Of a DNA stretch of 64,000 bases, positions 49,011-59,506 are shown piece after piece. This stretch comes from an uncultured Acidobacteriota bacterium (GTDB lineage Bacteria > Acidobacteriota > Thermoanaerobaculia > Gp7-AA8). The stretch lies in assembly GCA_963741955.1 (NCBI GenBank), contig CAVUKB010000005.1:448001-512000 (forward strand). The letters run 5' to 3'. How positions within the stretch are numbered: the first letter of the stretch is position 1; each line of letters begins with the position of its first letter. Position numbers and translations under genes: made by a program. The notes under the pieces were generated by a model, which saw only the letters and a list, made by a program, of their open reading frames with translations, was not told the DNA's origin and did not search any database.

Positions 49011-49234
49011 TGAATACCACGCATCGATTCCTGATCGTCATCGAGAACGCCGGCTCGAACTTCTCCGCGTATTCTCCCGACCTGCCTGGCTGCGTCGCCA
49101 CCGGATCGACTCGTGAGGAGACGGAGCGCAATATGTACGAGGCGATTCAGTTTCACATCGAGGGCCTGCGGGAGGATGGTCTTCCGATCCCGTCGTCGGA
49201 TTCGTTCGCCGAGTATGTCGTCGTCGGCGCATGA
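49007..49234 (+). CDS. hicB: Short HicB antitoxin
   Basis: SAYSPDLPGCVATGSTREE..EAIQFHIEGL. Overlaps the ancestral hicA stop. Confidence 0.9.
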   Translation: MMNTTHRFLIVIENAGSNFSAYSPDLPGCVATGSTREETERNMYEAIQFHIEGLREDGLPIPSSDSFAEYVVVGA

Positions 49235-49600
49235 CCCGCAGGAGAGTCCTGCTGCGACTTCTCGGACGGCTCGCGCCGCGGAGAGCGGCGGCGCGAGATG
49301 AAGCAGTTCGCGGGCTTCGTTCTGTTCGGACAACAGCTGTCCGATTTTGCATTCGGCCGACGACGCGAGATGCTCTCCAGGGTTCTCCCATGCATGTGGG
49401 AGCTGCTCTCCCGCACCGATCGCAATGCCGGTTGCGACCTGGTGCCGGAGCCGCTGCTCGGCAGCGATCAGGTCGCGCTCCTCATGTACGACCGCAGCAG
49501 GCACTTCCACGTCGAGAAGAAGTAGCGGAGCCGGCTCGCTGCGCTCGCCGATGCCACCGGGGCGGTCGCACCACACGAGGGGTGCAGTTGCAGTCCGCGC

Positions 49601-52600
49601 TCACTCGATCCGCAACGTCTGGTCCGCGGTGCCGTTGTCGACCGAGGAGGTCATCGGGATCACTGCACCGGCACCGCCGGTGATCCGGATCTCCAGCTGC
49701 ACGTTGCGGAGATCGCCCACCCCCGGATTCACCTCGCCGATCAGACTCGTGACGTTCATGATCTGCAGATCGTACGGCTTCAGCTCGATCGATCTCGAGA
49801 CCAGACGCGTTCCGGTCGCGAGATGCCCGACTTCTGCGTAGATCACGGTGACCTTCGCCGTCGCCGGAGCGCCGGAGGTTTCGACGAGGATCAGATTCGT
49901 GCGGAACGTCGCCGGGGTCTTCGCGCCGATCGTCTTCACCGATGCGACGTCGAGACCGGCGATGATCCGCTTCTGTCCGGCGTGCAGTGCGAACGAGCCG
50001 GGAAGCGTCGGCACGCCGGTGCCGAACGTCCCGTCGACTCCGTCCTGCGTGGCGAAGGTCCGGCTGGTCACCAGCGCTGCTCCGCGGGTCGGGGTCACGG
50101 TCATGAAGCCGACCGTTCCGCCGAGCGAAGGGAAGAGCGTGCCGACCACGTCCTGAACCACGCGCGTCTGATGCGCCGTGAGCGAGATCGACTCCTCGGC
50201 GTCGCCCGCTCCACCGTTGTAGTGGTATCGGAGGATGGCGGACGCGGGATCCGATCCGGGATTGGTGATCGCGATGTCGGTGCGGAAGAAGTTGTTGTTC
50301 GCTCCGTGCAGGGAGCCGGCGACCGGGATGATCTGCGGCTCGGTGCGTGTGGAAGCGAAATAGCTGTTCCAGTCCGCAATGCTCCAGGTGTCGCCGCTCC
50401 GGTCGTCCACCGGAGTCGCGTACACGACGATGCTTCCCGCGGAATCGGGGCGGTTGGTCACCGCGGCGAGAACCGCGCCGTCGGGAACGATCCCGTTCAG
50501 ACGAGAGAGGCGGAAGGCCGGCACGCTGACTCCGGTCGCCGCGGCCGTCGACGGCACGACAGTGCCATCGGCGGCGTAGAACGTGAGGTCGGCGGTCGCA
50601 TCGTTCCCCGAGACTTCCTGAAGGAGGATGTTCGTGTGGGATGACGCGTCCTTGCGCAAACCGGTCAGGAGAATCATCCCTCCGGGCCCCGCCGCGCGAT
50701 CGCCACGGAAGACCGGGATCGACGTCCCGTACGTCCCTCGCGAGCTCGAAACGTTGATGATGTTCGCGTTGAGCGCGAGGCTGTTCCAGTCGAGGCTCCG
50801 GATCTGGAGCGTTCCCTGTTCGCCGTCGCCGTCGAAGACGTTCTTCACCACGTCCGCGAGGGCGAGCGCCTGTCCCGGCTGAACCGGCGCGGCGGCTGTG
50901 ACGCCGCTCTGCGCTATCGTTCCGTTCGTCGGCGTGTAGTAGATCGCGACGTCGCTGATCGCGTCGCTTCCGTAGACGTTGACCAGGGAGAGATCCGAGA
51001 GGAAGAGACCGACGCTTCCTTCGATGTGACCGACGCCGGCGATGAAGAGAGGGACCTCGCCCGGACGGAGCGGAGGGATGGACGTCGACGAGGTGGGCGG
51101 CTTGACCGTGTCGACCACCGTCACCAGACTCGTGCTCACCGGAATTCCGTCCTGTGGGGTCAGGTCTTTTGTACGATGGGCGTAGGCCGTCACCATTGAG
51201 GCGGCATTCGTCCCCGATGCATAGACGAGTGCCAGCGTTCCGATCGCGGTTCCATCGAGCGATGCGGCATCGGGCCGCAGGGTCCGGTCGACGCCGAACT
51301 CCACCGTGGCCGAGGCGCCCGGGTCGATGGTGACGAATCCCGAAGGGGGGACGATCCACGGCTGGTCTGCGACCACGATGCCGGTCAGCTTCGCACTGCC
51401 ACTGTTCGTGAAGACGACCGAGCCGCTCAGGTCGGTGTCTGCCGCGGTCGCCGCGACGTCGATCCGGTTCGTATTCGCGATGGCGAGGACCGTCCCGCTT
51501 GCGGGAGCGACCGAGGCGAGGCGGACCGGAATCCGGGTTCCCGCCGGCACACCCTCTCCCGCCAGAATCGCCGCGCCGCGGTAGTCTCCTTCGTCGCGTG
51601 CGAGTCCGGTCAGATCGACTTCCTGCGATGCGCCTCCCCCCAGCGTGAACGACGCCGGTGAGAGGGTGAAGAAGTCGCCTTCCTGCGAGACGGTGACCGT
51701 CGTCGCGAGATCTCCGACGTTCACTACGATGAAGCGGTCGCCCGCTCCGCCCTTCCCCGCCTCCTGGTACATCCCGTCGGGATACGAGAGGACGACCACA
51801 CTCGCCGGCGCGGGCGTGCCGTTCGTCGTGCGCGCGTGGAGGACGGCAGTCGGCTCGCTCACGAGCGTGTTGGGATTGTCGCGGTTCGAATAGGTGACGG
51901 TCGACACGCGGACGAAGTAATCGGTCGTCGGTTCGAGCCCGTCGAGAATGAACGTAGCAGTCGTCTTGTCCGGAGTCGTCACGAGGACGGAGAACGGCCC
52001 GCCCGCCGACGTCGCGACCTCGATCTGGTAGCCGCCCGGATTCCACTGGTAGCGGATCGGGGTCCAGCTCACCACCACGGAGCGATCCTTCACCGCGCGG
52101 ATCGCGGCGTCCGCCGGAGCGACGGTCTGCGAGGCCGCCCAATCGCCGGCCTTCTCCATCAGGAACGCATCGACGGACGGATCGCTGCTTGAGAGCGCGT
52201 TGTAATCGAGAATCAGCCCGCCGTCGCGCAGCGCGGTGAGGTTCGCGATCTCGGACGGGATCGCGCCACTGAGGCGGTTGCCCTCGAGCGCGAGGTACTC
52301 CAGCTGCGAGAGCGCACCGATCGACGACGGGATCTCGCCGTCGAGACCGTTCTTCGAGAGATCGAGTTGCCGGAGTGCCCTCAGCTGCCCGATATCGCCG
52401 GGGATCGGCCCGGTGAGGAGGTTCTCATTGAGGCGGAGCTCCTCGAGCTTCGCCGCCTCCCCGAGCGGCGGGATCGATCCGGTCAACCGGTTTCCGGCGA
52501 GGGAGAGATCGACGATCTCCGGCATCGAGAAAACCGCCGGCGGAATCTCTCCTTGAATGCGGTTGATCGAAAGATCGAAGTACTGGAGCTTCGCGAGTCC

Positions 52601-53962
52601 TTCCAGTCCGACGGGAAACGCGGTGAACTGGTTATCCGCGGCCTCGAGGACCACGAGCTCAGCGAGTGATCCGAGGTTCGCATCGAAGGAAGCGAGCTGG
52701 TTCTCGTCGAGGTGGAGGTAGAGGAGCTGCGTCAGATTGCCGAGCGACGCGGGGACGACGCCGTTGAGCCGATCGTCCTGCAGAGAGAGATCGCGGAGCG
52801 TGGTGATGTTGCCGAGCTCCGCCGGGATCTCGCCTCCGATCGGATTGTGCTCGAGATGGAGGTCCGCCAGCTTCGTGAGCGATCCGATCTGCGAGGGAAT
52901 CGGACCGGTGAACGCGTTGCTCCCGATGTAGAGAGAGCGGAGTGACGTGAAGACCATGAAGTCGGCGAGACTGCCACCGAGCGCCGTGCCGGAATCGGCG
53001 CGGCCGGTGAGCCCGAGGTTCTCGAGCTTGGTGAGTGTGAAGAGCTCGGGCGGAACGGGACCGCTCAGGAGCAGGTTCGAGAGGCCGAGGTCACGCAGCT
53101 GCTGCAGCTGGCCGATCGACGGCGGGATCGAACCGGACAGGTCGTTGTTGTCGAGAACCAGGCGGGTGAGTGCGGTGAGGTTCCCGAGATCCGTCGGAAT
53201 CGATCCGGAGAGCTGGTTGTCGGGGAGCTCGATCTGTTCGAGCGCACCGAGTCTCGTGATGCCTGCCGGAATCTCGCCAGTGAACGCGTTCGAGCCCAAT
53301 CGGAGCTCGCGCAGATGAGGCGAGCTCACGATCGCTGGAGGTATGACCCCGCTGAACTGGTTGTACGAAAGATCGAGGACCTCGAGGAGCGGGAGATTCA
53401 TCGTGGCCGGAATGGTTCCGGTCAGCTGGTTCGCCCAGAGGGAGAGCACTTTCAGTCTCGGGCTGCGGAAGAGCGCCTCAGGAATCGTTCCGGAGAAGTC
53501 GTTGCCCGAGAGATCCAGCTGTTCCAGTCCGCCGAGGTTCGCCACGCCCGCGGGGAACGTTCCGCCGAACGGCGTTCCGTAGAACTCGCCCGCGTTCAGC
53601 ACCCGGAGTTTCGACAGATCGAGGATCGCGCCCGGAAATCCGCCCGCGAGCTCCGTCGACGTGAGATCGAGCACCTCGAGATTCGTGAGATTCCGGATCT
53701 GGGGCGGCAGGGTTCCTTTGACATTGTTCCACGCGAGGTCGAGACCGGTGACGGCGGAGCCGCTCGTGTCGCATGTCACCCCGTCCCACGTGCACTCAGT
53801 TCCGGGCGCACCTTTCCAGTTCGCGTTCGACTGCCACTGGTCGCCGTTCGTGGAGTCGTAGATCGCGATCAGCGCGTCGCGCTCGGAGGACGGAATCGCG
53901 GCGGTCGCGGAGGGCGCGATCGTCGCGAAGACCAGAGCCATGGCCGGAATGAGGGCGCGCAT
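49601..53962 (-). CDS. Secreted LRR protein (plant-type repeats) with FN3 and repeated C-terminal beta domains
   Basis: Signal peptide MRALIPAM.., ERDALIAIY..NG..W cap, about 20 LxxLxLxxNxLxGxIP repeats, GLEPTTDYFVRV FN3. The longer ORF 5' extension runs through repeat DNA. Confidence 0.9.
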   Translation of the reverse strand: MRALIPAMALVFATIAPSATAAIPSSERDALIAIYDSTNGDQWQSNANWKGAPGTECTWDGVTCDTSGSAVTGLDLAWNNVKGTLPPQIRNLTNLEVLDLTSTELAGGFPGAILDLSKLRVLNAGEFYGTPFGGTFPAGVANLGGLEQLDLSGNDFSGTIPEALFRSPRLKVLSLWANQLTGTIPATMNLPLLEVLDLSYNQFSGVIPPAIVSSPHLRELRLGSNAFTGEIPAGITRLGALEQIELPDNQLSGSIPTDLGNLTALTRLVLDNNDLSGSIPPSIGQLQQLRDLGLSNLLLSGPVPPELFTLTKLENLGLTGRADSGTALGGSLADFMVFTSLRSLYIGSNAFTGPIPSQIGSLTKLADLHLEHNPIGGEIPAELGNITTLRDLSLQDDRLNGVVPASLGNLTQLLYLHLDENQLASFDANLGSLAELVVLEAADNQFTAFPVGLEGLAKLQYFDLSINRIQGEIPPAVFSMPEIVDLSLAGNRLTGSIPPLGEAAKLEELRLNENLLTGPIPGDIGQLRALRQLDLSKNGLDGEIPSSIGALSQLEYLALEGNRLSGAIPSEIANLTALRDGGLILDYNALSSSDPSVDAFLMEKAGDWAASQTVAPADAAIRAVKDRSVVVSWTPIRYQWNPGGYQIEVATSAGGPFSVLVTTPDKTTATFILDGLEPTTDYFVRVSTVTYSNRDNPNTLVSEPTAVLHARTTNGTPAPASVVVLSYPDGMYQEAGKGGAGDRFIVVNVGDLATTVTVSQEGDFFTLSPASFTLGGGASQEVDLTGLARDEGDYRGAAILAGEGVPAGTRIPVRLASVAPASGTVLAIANTNRIDVAATAADTDLSGSVVFTNSGSAKLTGIVVADQPWIVPPSGFVTIDPGASATVEFGVDRTLRPDAASLDGTAIGTLALVYASGTNAASMVTAYAHRTKDLTPQDGIPVSTSLVTVVDTVKPPTSSTSIPPLRPGEVPLFIAGVGHIEGSVGLFLSDLSLVNVYGSDAISDVAIYYTPTNGTIAQSGVTAAAPVQPGQALALADVVKNVFDGDGEQGTLQIRSLDWNSLALNANIINVSSSRGTYGTSIPVFRGDRAAGPGGMILLTGLRKDASSHTNILLQEVSGNDATADLTFYAADGTVVPSTAAATGVSVPAFRLSRLNGIVPDGAVLAAVTNRPDSAGSIVVYATPVDDRSGDTWSIADWNSYFASTRTEPQIIPVAGSLHGANNNFFRTDIAITNPGSDPASAILRYHYNGGAGDAEESISLTAHQTRVVQDVVGTLFPSLGGTVGFMTVTPTRGAALVTSRTFATQDGVDGTFGTGVPTLPGSFALHAGQKRIIAGLDVASVKTIGAKTPATFRTNLILVETSGAPATAKVTVIYAEVGHLATGTRLVSRSIELKPYDLQIMNVTSLIGEVNPGVGDLRNVQLEIRITGGAGAVIPMTSSVDNGTADQTLRIE

Positions 53963-54048
53963 GGAGCCACCTCGCATCGACGTTGGGGCATTTTCGTTTC
54001 GGGTTGTGCGGGCCATTGTAGCAGGTGTCTGTCTGCAGGGTGCCATCC

Positions 54049-54432
54049 GTGGGTTGGGCGTCCCGCCCGATGCGGAGCGGGGCCGTGGGTTGGGCGTCCC
54101 TCGCCCGATGCGATGCGGCGTCTGTGGGTTGGGCGTCCTCGCCCGATGCGATGCGGCGTCTGTGGGTTGGGCGTCCTCGCCCGATGCGATGCGGCGTCTG
54201 TGGGTTGGGCGTCCTCGCCCGATGCGATGCGGCGTCCCGCGCCGCATTGCCCGGCGCAAGCTACGACGATCCTTCCGAGAAGAGAGACACGAACTTACCT
54301 CCGCGCGAGAGGAACGATCACCGATCCGTTGACACCATCGCTCCCGGCACGATGCCGGGAGCCTCGCGCCCGGAGGCGCGACCCACCTTGGGGCGACCCA
54401 CCTTGGGGCGACCCACCGGAGGCGCGACCCAC
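54049..54432. repeat. Diverged family-A array (~38-bp tandem units plus one long unit)
   Basis: GTGGGTTGGGCGTCCTCGCCCGATGCGATGCGGCGTCT-type units, then GCAAGCTACGACGATCC..CCCGGCACGATGCCGGGAG..GCGCGACCCAC. Confidence 0.85.
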
Positions 54433-54436
54433 GCGA

Positions 54437-54730
54437 TTACGACGCCCGCTCTTCCTTCTTCCGCGGCTGATACGTCCCCACATCACTCCGGAACGAGATC
54501 GCGAGCCGGTTCCAGCCGTTGATGGTGATCACGCAGATGGTCAGGTTCACCAGTTCTTTCTCGTCGAAATGCTTCCTCGTTTCCTCGTACAGCTCGTCGC
54601 TGACCCCGCCCTTTCCTCCTCCATTTTGAATCGTAGAGGCTCGCGCCGGAGGAGCGCGCTGCATTCCTGCTGCGCGAAGTTTTCGACTACCGCTACGACG
54701 AGATCGCCCGCATTCTGGAGAAGTCACCGG
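54437..54730. pseudogene. Collapsed remnant of a second CMD / ECF41 divergent pair
   Basis: Minus strand GGVSDELYEETRKHF..INGWNRLAISFR; plus strand LAPEERAAFLLREVFDYRYDEIARILEKSP. Both match 45810-47272. Confidence 0.8.
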
Positions 54731-55013
54731 CATATTTCGAGACCGAGGTTTCCCGTCGCTCCCGTTATCGGATGCGCGGTTCTCTCTTTCGGTCGTGATG
54801 AGCGAAGGAGAGTATCACCGCCTGCAGGGAGCGACCTGAGCTGCCGGCGACGGGCGATGCTTCCGGCACGGCCTACTGCTCGAGGAGCTCGCGTGCGCGC
54901 GGCGGTGATGAAGCGAAAGTAGCTCCCGTAACGCTCAGTCGATTCGGGCTCGGCCAGCGACGTCCGATTCCTCGACACCGTTCTTCCCGACGCCAGACTC
55001 CCGAGGGTCTCCG

Positions 55014-55481
55014 TCATCTACGTCGTTTGTTTGCTTCCCCACTTTCATCGTGCATCGAACGTTTACGCTCTCTCTCCCTTCGTGCCCGTTCCGCCCGGCG
55101 AAGGGAATCTCTCCATGCGGCCTCGTACTCTGGAGTAAGCGACCCGACGACGACCGTCGCCCGCTTCTCTCCTGCACGCACGAACTCGAACGGGACCCGC
55201 TGTCCAGGCTTCATTCCCGCGACGTACTGAAGAAACGCGAGCTCGTCCAGAAAGTCACTGGCCCTCCTTCCGATTCGGGTGATTACGTCTCCGGGACGGA
55301 GACCTGCAGCGAACGCGGGACTCGCGTTTCCGATGCGAGCGACGAAAAGAAAGTTCGAGCCATCCGGTGCTCGCTGAACAATTACTCCCATCCCAAGCCA
55401 CGGCTTCAAGTGCTCTTTAGTGCGTGCGAATCCTGGGATTCCGATCTGGAGCGTTAGAAGGATGATCGTCGCAACCGTCAT
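55014..55481 (-). CDS. Small secreted PDZ-domain protein
   Basis: PWLGMG, SPAFAAGLRPGDVITRI. Confidence 0.82.
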   Translation of the reverse strand: MTVATIILLTLQIGIPGFARTKEHLKPWLGMGVIVQRAPDGSNFLFVARIGNASPAFAAGLRPGDVITRIGRRASDFLDELAFLQYVAGMKPGQRVPFEFVRAGEKRATVVVGSLTPEYEAAWRDSLRRAERARRERERKRSMHDESGEANKRRR

Positions 55482-57649
55482 GGCGTTTCGGCCTCAGAGA
55501 CATAGTCCACCGTCGCGATCGCGCCCGAAGGAAGAGTGACGTTGCGGCAGTCGCCGCTTCTGCAAACGCGGTACATGCCGGGCTCGATCGCGAACTGGAA
55601 CGCTCCGTCCACGAACTCTCTCATCGCAGCCGCTCCGAACGATGGCATCAGAAACATCTGCAGAGAAATGGAAAAACTGCCACTGGCGAGGATCGGCCAT
55701 GGCGGGACTCGCATTACGACGATACGGAGGGTCGCGCTTTCCGATGGCACCGCGATGGTGAGGAACGGTCCCTGCCACTCCGTGCGGGCGAAACGACGCG
55801 CGATGACCGGCGCGGGAGGCGCGATCACGACGATGTCGATTGCGGCATCGGACTTCAACTCCACCGAGAACAGTCCCTCCGCATCTGCGATGGTATCGTC
55901 GAAGACACCGCTCGCTTCGTCGACCACTCTCACGATCGCTCCGCTGAGGGGTCGTCCGGCGGCGCCGAGAATCACTCCGCGTGCCACTCGCAGAGGCTGG
56001 AGCGTCAGCTCAATCTCCTTTTCGTGCGGCGATGACGACAGATCGACGGCGATCGGGCGTGCCGCGCTGGATGAACCGTCGGCTTCTACCATGAAGCTCT
56101 TTTCGTCGAGGTGCGCAAAGAGGAAAGTCCCGTCGTCGCCCGTCCGTGTTTCAGCGACGACCCGTCCCTTTCGCCTGACTCTCACGAACGCTTCCGCCCG
56201 TTCACCGTCGAGATTTCGCACCGTTCCCCTGATTCGGCCCGCGGGCAAAACGAGATCCAGCTTCTCTGTATCATCGTCGATCGTGACGGGCGCGAGTCTC
56301 AACTCGTCCCTTGAAGACGGCGGAACGGTCACCGTGACGTCCCACGAACCTTTGGAAGGAAACATCACCTCGAACCGGCCTTCGGCGTCCGTCACCGCGC
56401 GAACCCGGGTTCCTTTGCGGTCGGCGAAGACGAGCGAACCACTGACGGGATCATCCCCCGAGACGAGTGTTCCTCGAACTGCAATCCCCGCGATCGTGAA
56501 CGACACGCGCGTTTGGCCGTCGTTTACCTCAACCTGCCGGTTTGCGACTTCCGAATGCAGCTCGTTCATCACCACGACGCCGTAGGAGCCTGCGGGAATG
56601 AGATCGCTCTCCCAGAAGCCTGCGGGAGACGCTACGCCGGACGCGACCACGACGATCTCGTGGGCCCGCCTTCCTTCACCGATGATCCGGACCGTCCAAG
56701 GCGTGCCGGAGGCCGCCATCGGAGGATCGATCTGAACCTCGACCGTTCCAGGAGGAGAGTGCACCAGGGAACCTGCGTGAACGTCCCTCGACGCAACCAC
56801 GATCGAATCGCGGACGGCGTCGGGCAAACCCTCCATTCTGGACTCGAGACGATACGTGCCCGGCTCGACTCCTTCGATCCGGTACCTCCCGTGCAGATCG
56901 GTACGGGCTTCGCGAGTGCGCAATAGCCGGTCGCTGCGCGTCATCTCAGCAGCCGTCGCCGGCACGAGCCGAACCAATGCGGTCACCAGCGGACTGCCCT
57001 TCCGCGTTACGACGTCACCGTCCACGACACGTGCCGATGCAGACGGTGCGGGGGAAAGATCCAGTGTCTCGCCTTCCCGCAACGCGATGTTCTTCGCATA
57101 GCTCGGCACGAGCCCACCCCATTCCAGGCGGAGATCGATTCGCCGGCTGGCCGGAATACGGCAGCGACCGGTCGCACCCTGGACGGTGCAAGGGGCGGTC
57201 TCGAGAATCGACGTGTCACTGGATGGTTCGTCGACGAAGGAAAGACCGAGAGTCGCCGGGACGGGCTTCGTATCCGGCCGCTCCTGGGTCACGAACCCCA
57301 GCGGCCAGACGTTCAGGACGATGCGCGCGTCGCGTCCACGGACGTCGATCTCGTCGACCCAGCAATCCGCCGAGTCGGCGCCGGCACGATCCGCGGACGC
57401 CGGGATTGCGAACGACCGTGTCACCGCTCCGCCGGTCAGTGTGATTGGAGGGTCGAGTGTAAGTTGCTTCTCGGAGCCGTCGGCGAGTCGAAAGTGGACC
57501 GCCGAGATCCGGCATGTGCCGTGCCCGGACCCGGACCGCTGGAACGAGACTTCGGAACCCCATCCGGCGGCGGCACATCCTGCGACAAGAGCACAGCCCA
57601 GAACTCCGACGAGGATGGCGGGCGGAGACTCGCCGCGTCGTCGTCTCAT
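55478..57649 (-). CDS. Exported protein with carboxypeptidase-regulatory-like (prealbumin-fold) repeats
   Basis: Repeated G.V....G.P..A.V...TD..G.F units and an N-terminal hydrophobic segment. Confidence 0.75.
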   Translation of the reverse strand: MRRRRGESPPAILVGVLGCALVAGCAAAGWGSEVSFQRSGSGHGTCRISAVHFRLADGSEKQLTLDPPITLTGGAVTRSFAIPASADRAGADSADCWVDEIDVRGRDARIVLNVWPLGFVTQERPDTKPVPATLGLSFVDEPSSDTSILETAPCTVQGATGRCRIPASRRIDLRLEWGGLVPSYAKNIALREGETLDLSPAPSASARVVDGDVVTRKGSPLVTALVRLVPATAAEMTRSDRLLRTREARTDLHGRYRIEGVEPGTYRLESRMEGLPDAVRDSIVVASRDVHAGSLVHSPPGTVEVQIDPPMAASGTPWTVRIIGEGRRAHEIVVVASGVASPAGFWESDLIPAGSYGVVVMNELHSEVANRQVEVNDGQTRVSFTIAGIAVRGTLVSGDDPVSGSLVFADRKGTRVRAVTDAEGRFEVMFPSKGSWDVTVTVPPSSRDELRLAPVTIDDDTEKLDLVLPAGRIRGTVRNLDGERAEAFVRVRRKGRVVAETRTGDDGTFLFAHLDEKSFMVEADGSSSAARPIAVDLSSSPHEKEIELTLQPLRVARGVILGAAGRPLSGAIVRVVDEASGVFDDTIADAEGLFSVELKSDAAIDIVVIAPPAPVIARRFARTEWQGPFLTIAVPSESATLRIVVMRVPPWPILASGSFSISLQMFLMPSFGAAAMREFVDGAFQFAIEPGMYRVCRSGDCRNVTLPSGAIATVDYVSEAETP

Positions 57650-57924
57650 ACCCAGACGCAGTTAGAATACGTCAACTGACAGCTGTACGAGCAGGCGAAC
57701 ACGGGGATGACTCCTCCGTTCTCGACTTTGATCCATCCAGCGATCACACAATTCTGAATCGGCTGACAATCGCTTGCGGCTCTCGATGTTGGTCCAATAC
57801 TGATACAGGTCGCGGTGTCCGTGGTTCGCTCACACTTATAGACACAATCACCCCCACGCACAGGAGATGCGACGAATGAGAGTAGACCCAAGGACACGAC
57901 AACGAAGCGTAGGATGCGATACAT
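57646..57924 (-). CDS. Small secreted Cys-rich protein (8 Cys)
   Basis: GGAGGT RBS, signal-like N-terminus, stop overlapping the next ATG. Confidence 0.7.
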   Translation of the reverse strand: MYRILRFVVVSLGLLSFVASPVRGGDCVYKCERTTDTATCISIGPTSRAASDCQPIQNCVIAGWIKVENGGVIPVFACSYSCQLTYSNCVWV

Positions 57925-58064
57925 GTGACCTCCTTCCAGATTGCACAGTCGTCCTAACATAGGCTCGCGGCCGCCCAGCGCCAACGTGAGTAGCAGGTTA
58001 TACCAAAACATTGCTGACCCGTTGTAAGGCCGCGCTGCGCTCTTTCATCCTCTCCTTCTCCGCT

Positions 58065-59417
58065 TTACGCGAACGCGAACAGCGGCGGAAAGACGATCAC
58101 CACGAGCGCCGCCCAGATGGCGTAGACCGGGAGGTAACGCGTCTGCCACCGTTCGAGTGCCGCAAATGAACCGCGGCCTCGTAGAAACCGCACATACAGC
58201 ACCGCGGACCACGCGAGATTGATCAGGAGAATCGCGTTCTCTCCGAGCGCCGCCACGCGGTTCGGGGTGAAGCCGAGGTCCGTGATTCGTGCGGCGATCG
58301 CCGAGAGCGCGACGGCGTCCGCGATCAGCGCGCTTATGACGAGAACGACCTGGACGACGTCGAACGCGCCGGGAGGCGACAGGGGGTCGCGCGCCGAGAT
58401 CGCGTAGAGAAGAAGTCCAACGATCACGACGAGAAGGAGATCGAACGCGATCAGGACGTTTCGATCCATCCCGATTCCCCGTCCGGTCAGGACCAGCGTC
58501 ACGAGAAACGTGATCAGCAGTCCGGCGAAGAGCGGCGTGAAGATGCGCGTCAGGACCGGCGCCATGTTCTCGGCCACGCTCTCCTTCCCTTCGACCAGCC
58601 ACGACGCAATGATGACCGCGCCTGCCGCTCCGCATGGAATCAGCCACGACTGGAGGAAGGGTTGTGCGTTGATGCCGATCGCCTCGAAGATCATCATCAT
58701 GGCCGCGGAGAAGACGGCGCCGCCGAGGGCGATGAGAACGTAGTCGATGAAGAGCTCGCCGGAGAAGCGGACGAAATCCATGCGTCGCGCGAGATCGCTC
58801 CAGCGGCCGGAGGCGTATGCGATCCCGACCAGCAGCCAGAGCGCGATCGGCAGGTGCAGAATCGCAAGGACTTCGGTCGCGCCGCCCGGGGCGAAGGGAT
58901 AGGCGTTGACTGCTGCGGCGGCTGCGACGAACCCTGCCGCGATCGAGGCGATGGCAACGCCGTTGAGGCGGCGCTTCAACGCGAAGTACGCGGTGAGGAT
59001 CGGGAAGGCGAGGAGGCTCGCGTTGCGCGGATAGAACGTCTCTTCAGTGCCGGGCTGAAGCCCGAAGAGCGCGGGGAGCTTGATGGCGATGGCCGCCGCG
59101 ACCGCCAAACAGAACGCGATCAGCAGATCCCGTCGTGCCGCGCTCGCAGAGAAGGGCGCCACCGGCGTCGCGACGGACTCCTTCCAGACGCGCTCCACGC
59201 GCTCGCGCGCGAATCTCTCCCCCGCCGCATCGCGGCTTCCGATGCGTTTCACGGCGATGAGGAACGCTTCATCCGGCGCGAGCCCGACGGCGGTGAGGCG
59301 TGCGATCTCCTCGCGCAGCGTCTCCTCGAGTTTCTCGCGATCCGCCTCCTGCAGGCGGAGCGAGGTGCGCCACCGTTCGATTTCCGTCTCGAGAGGAGAT
59401 TCGAGATTCTCAGTCAT
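58065..59417 (-). CDS. Polytopic membrane protein with permease-prefix-like N-terminal domain
   Basis: LEETLREEIARL..GLAPDEAFLIAVKRIG followed by about 10 TM segments. Confidence 0.8.
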   Translation of the reverse strand: MTENLESPLETEIERWRTSLRLQEADREKLEETLREEIARLTAVGLAPDEAFLIAVKRIGSRDAAGERFARERVERVWKESVATPVAPFSASAARRDLLIAFCLAVAAAIAIKLPALFGLQPGTEETFYPRNASLLAFPILTAYFALKRRLNGVAIASIAAGFVAAAAAVNAYPFAPGGATEVLAILHLPIALWLLVGIAYASGRWSDLARRMDFVRFSGELFIDYVLIALGGAVFSAAMMMIFEAIGINAQPFLQSWLIPCGAAGAVIIASWLVEGKESVAENMAPVLTRIFTPLFAGLLITFLVTLVLTGRGIGMDRNVLIAFDLLLVVIVGLLLYAISARDPLSPPGAFDVVQVVLVISALIADAVALSAIAARITDLGFTPNRVAALGENAILLINLAWSAVLYVRFLRGRGSFAALERWQTRYLPVYAIWAALVVIVFPPLFAFA

Positions 59418-59506
59418 GGTTGAAGGTTACGAAAAGTACTTTGTATCGTCAAGTTAATTCTCCGGACTGAACTGCGTCCGTATCCGGAAGGTCTCGAATC
59501 GTCTCC

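Noticed and set aside
57952-58030. attC upstream of the Cys-rich gene (TCCTAAC ... GTTGTAA)
   Set aside because: No complementary stem or L boxes, and the boxes do not fit the consensus.
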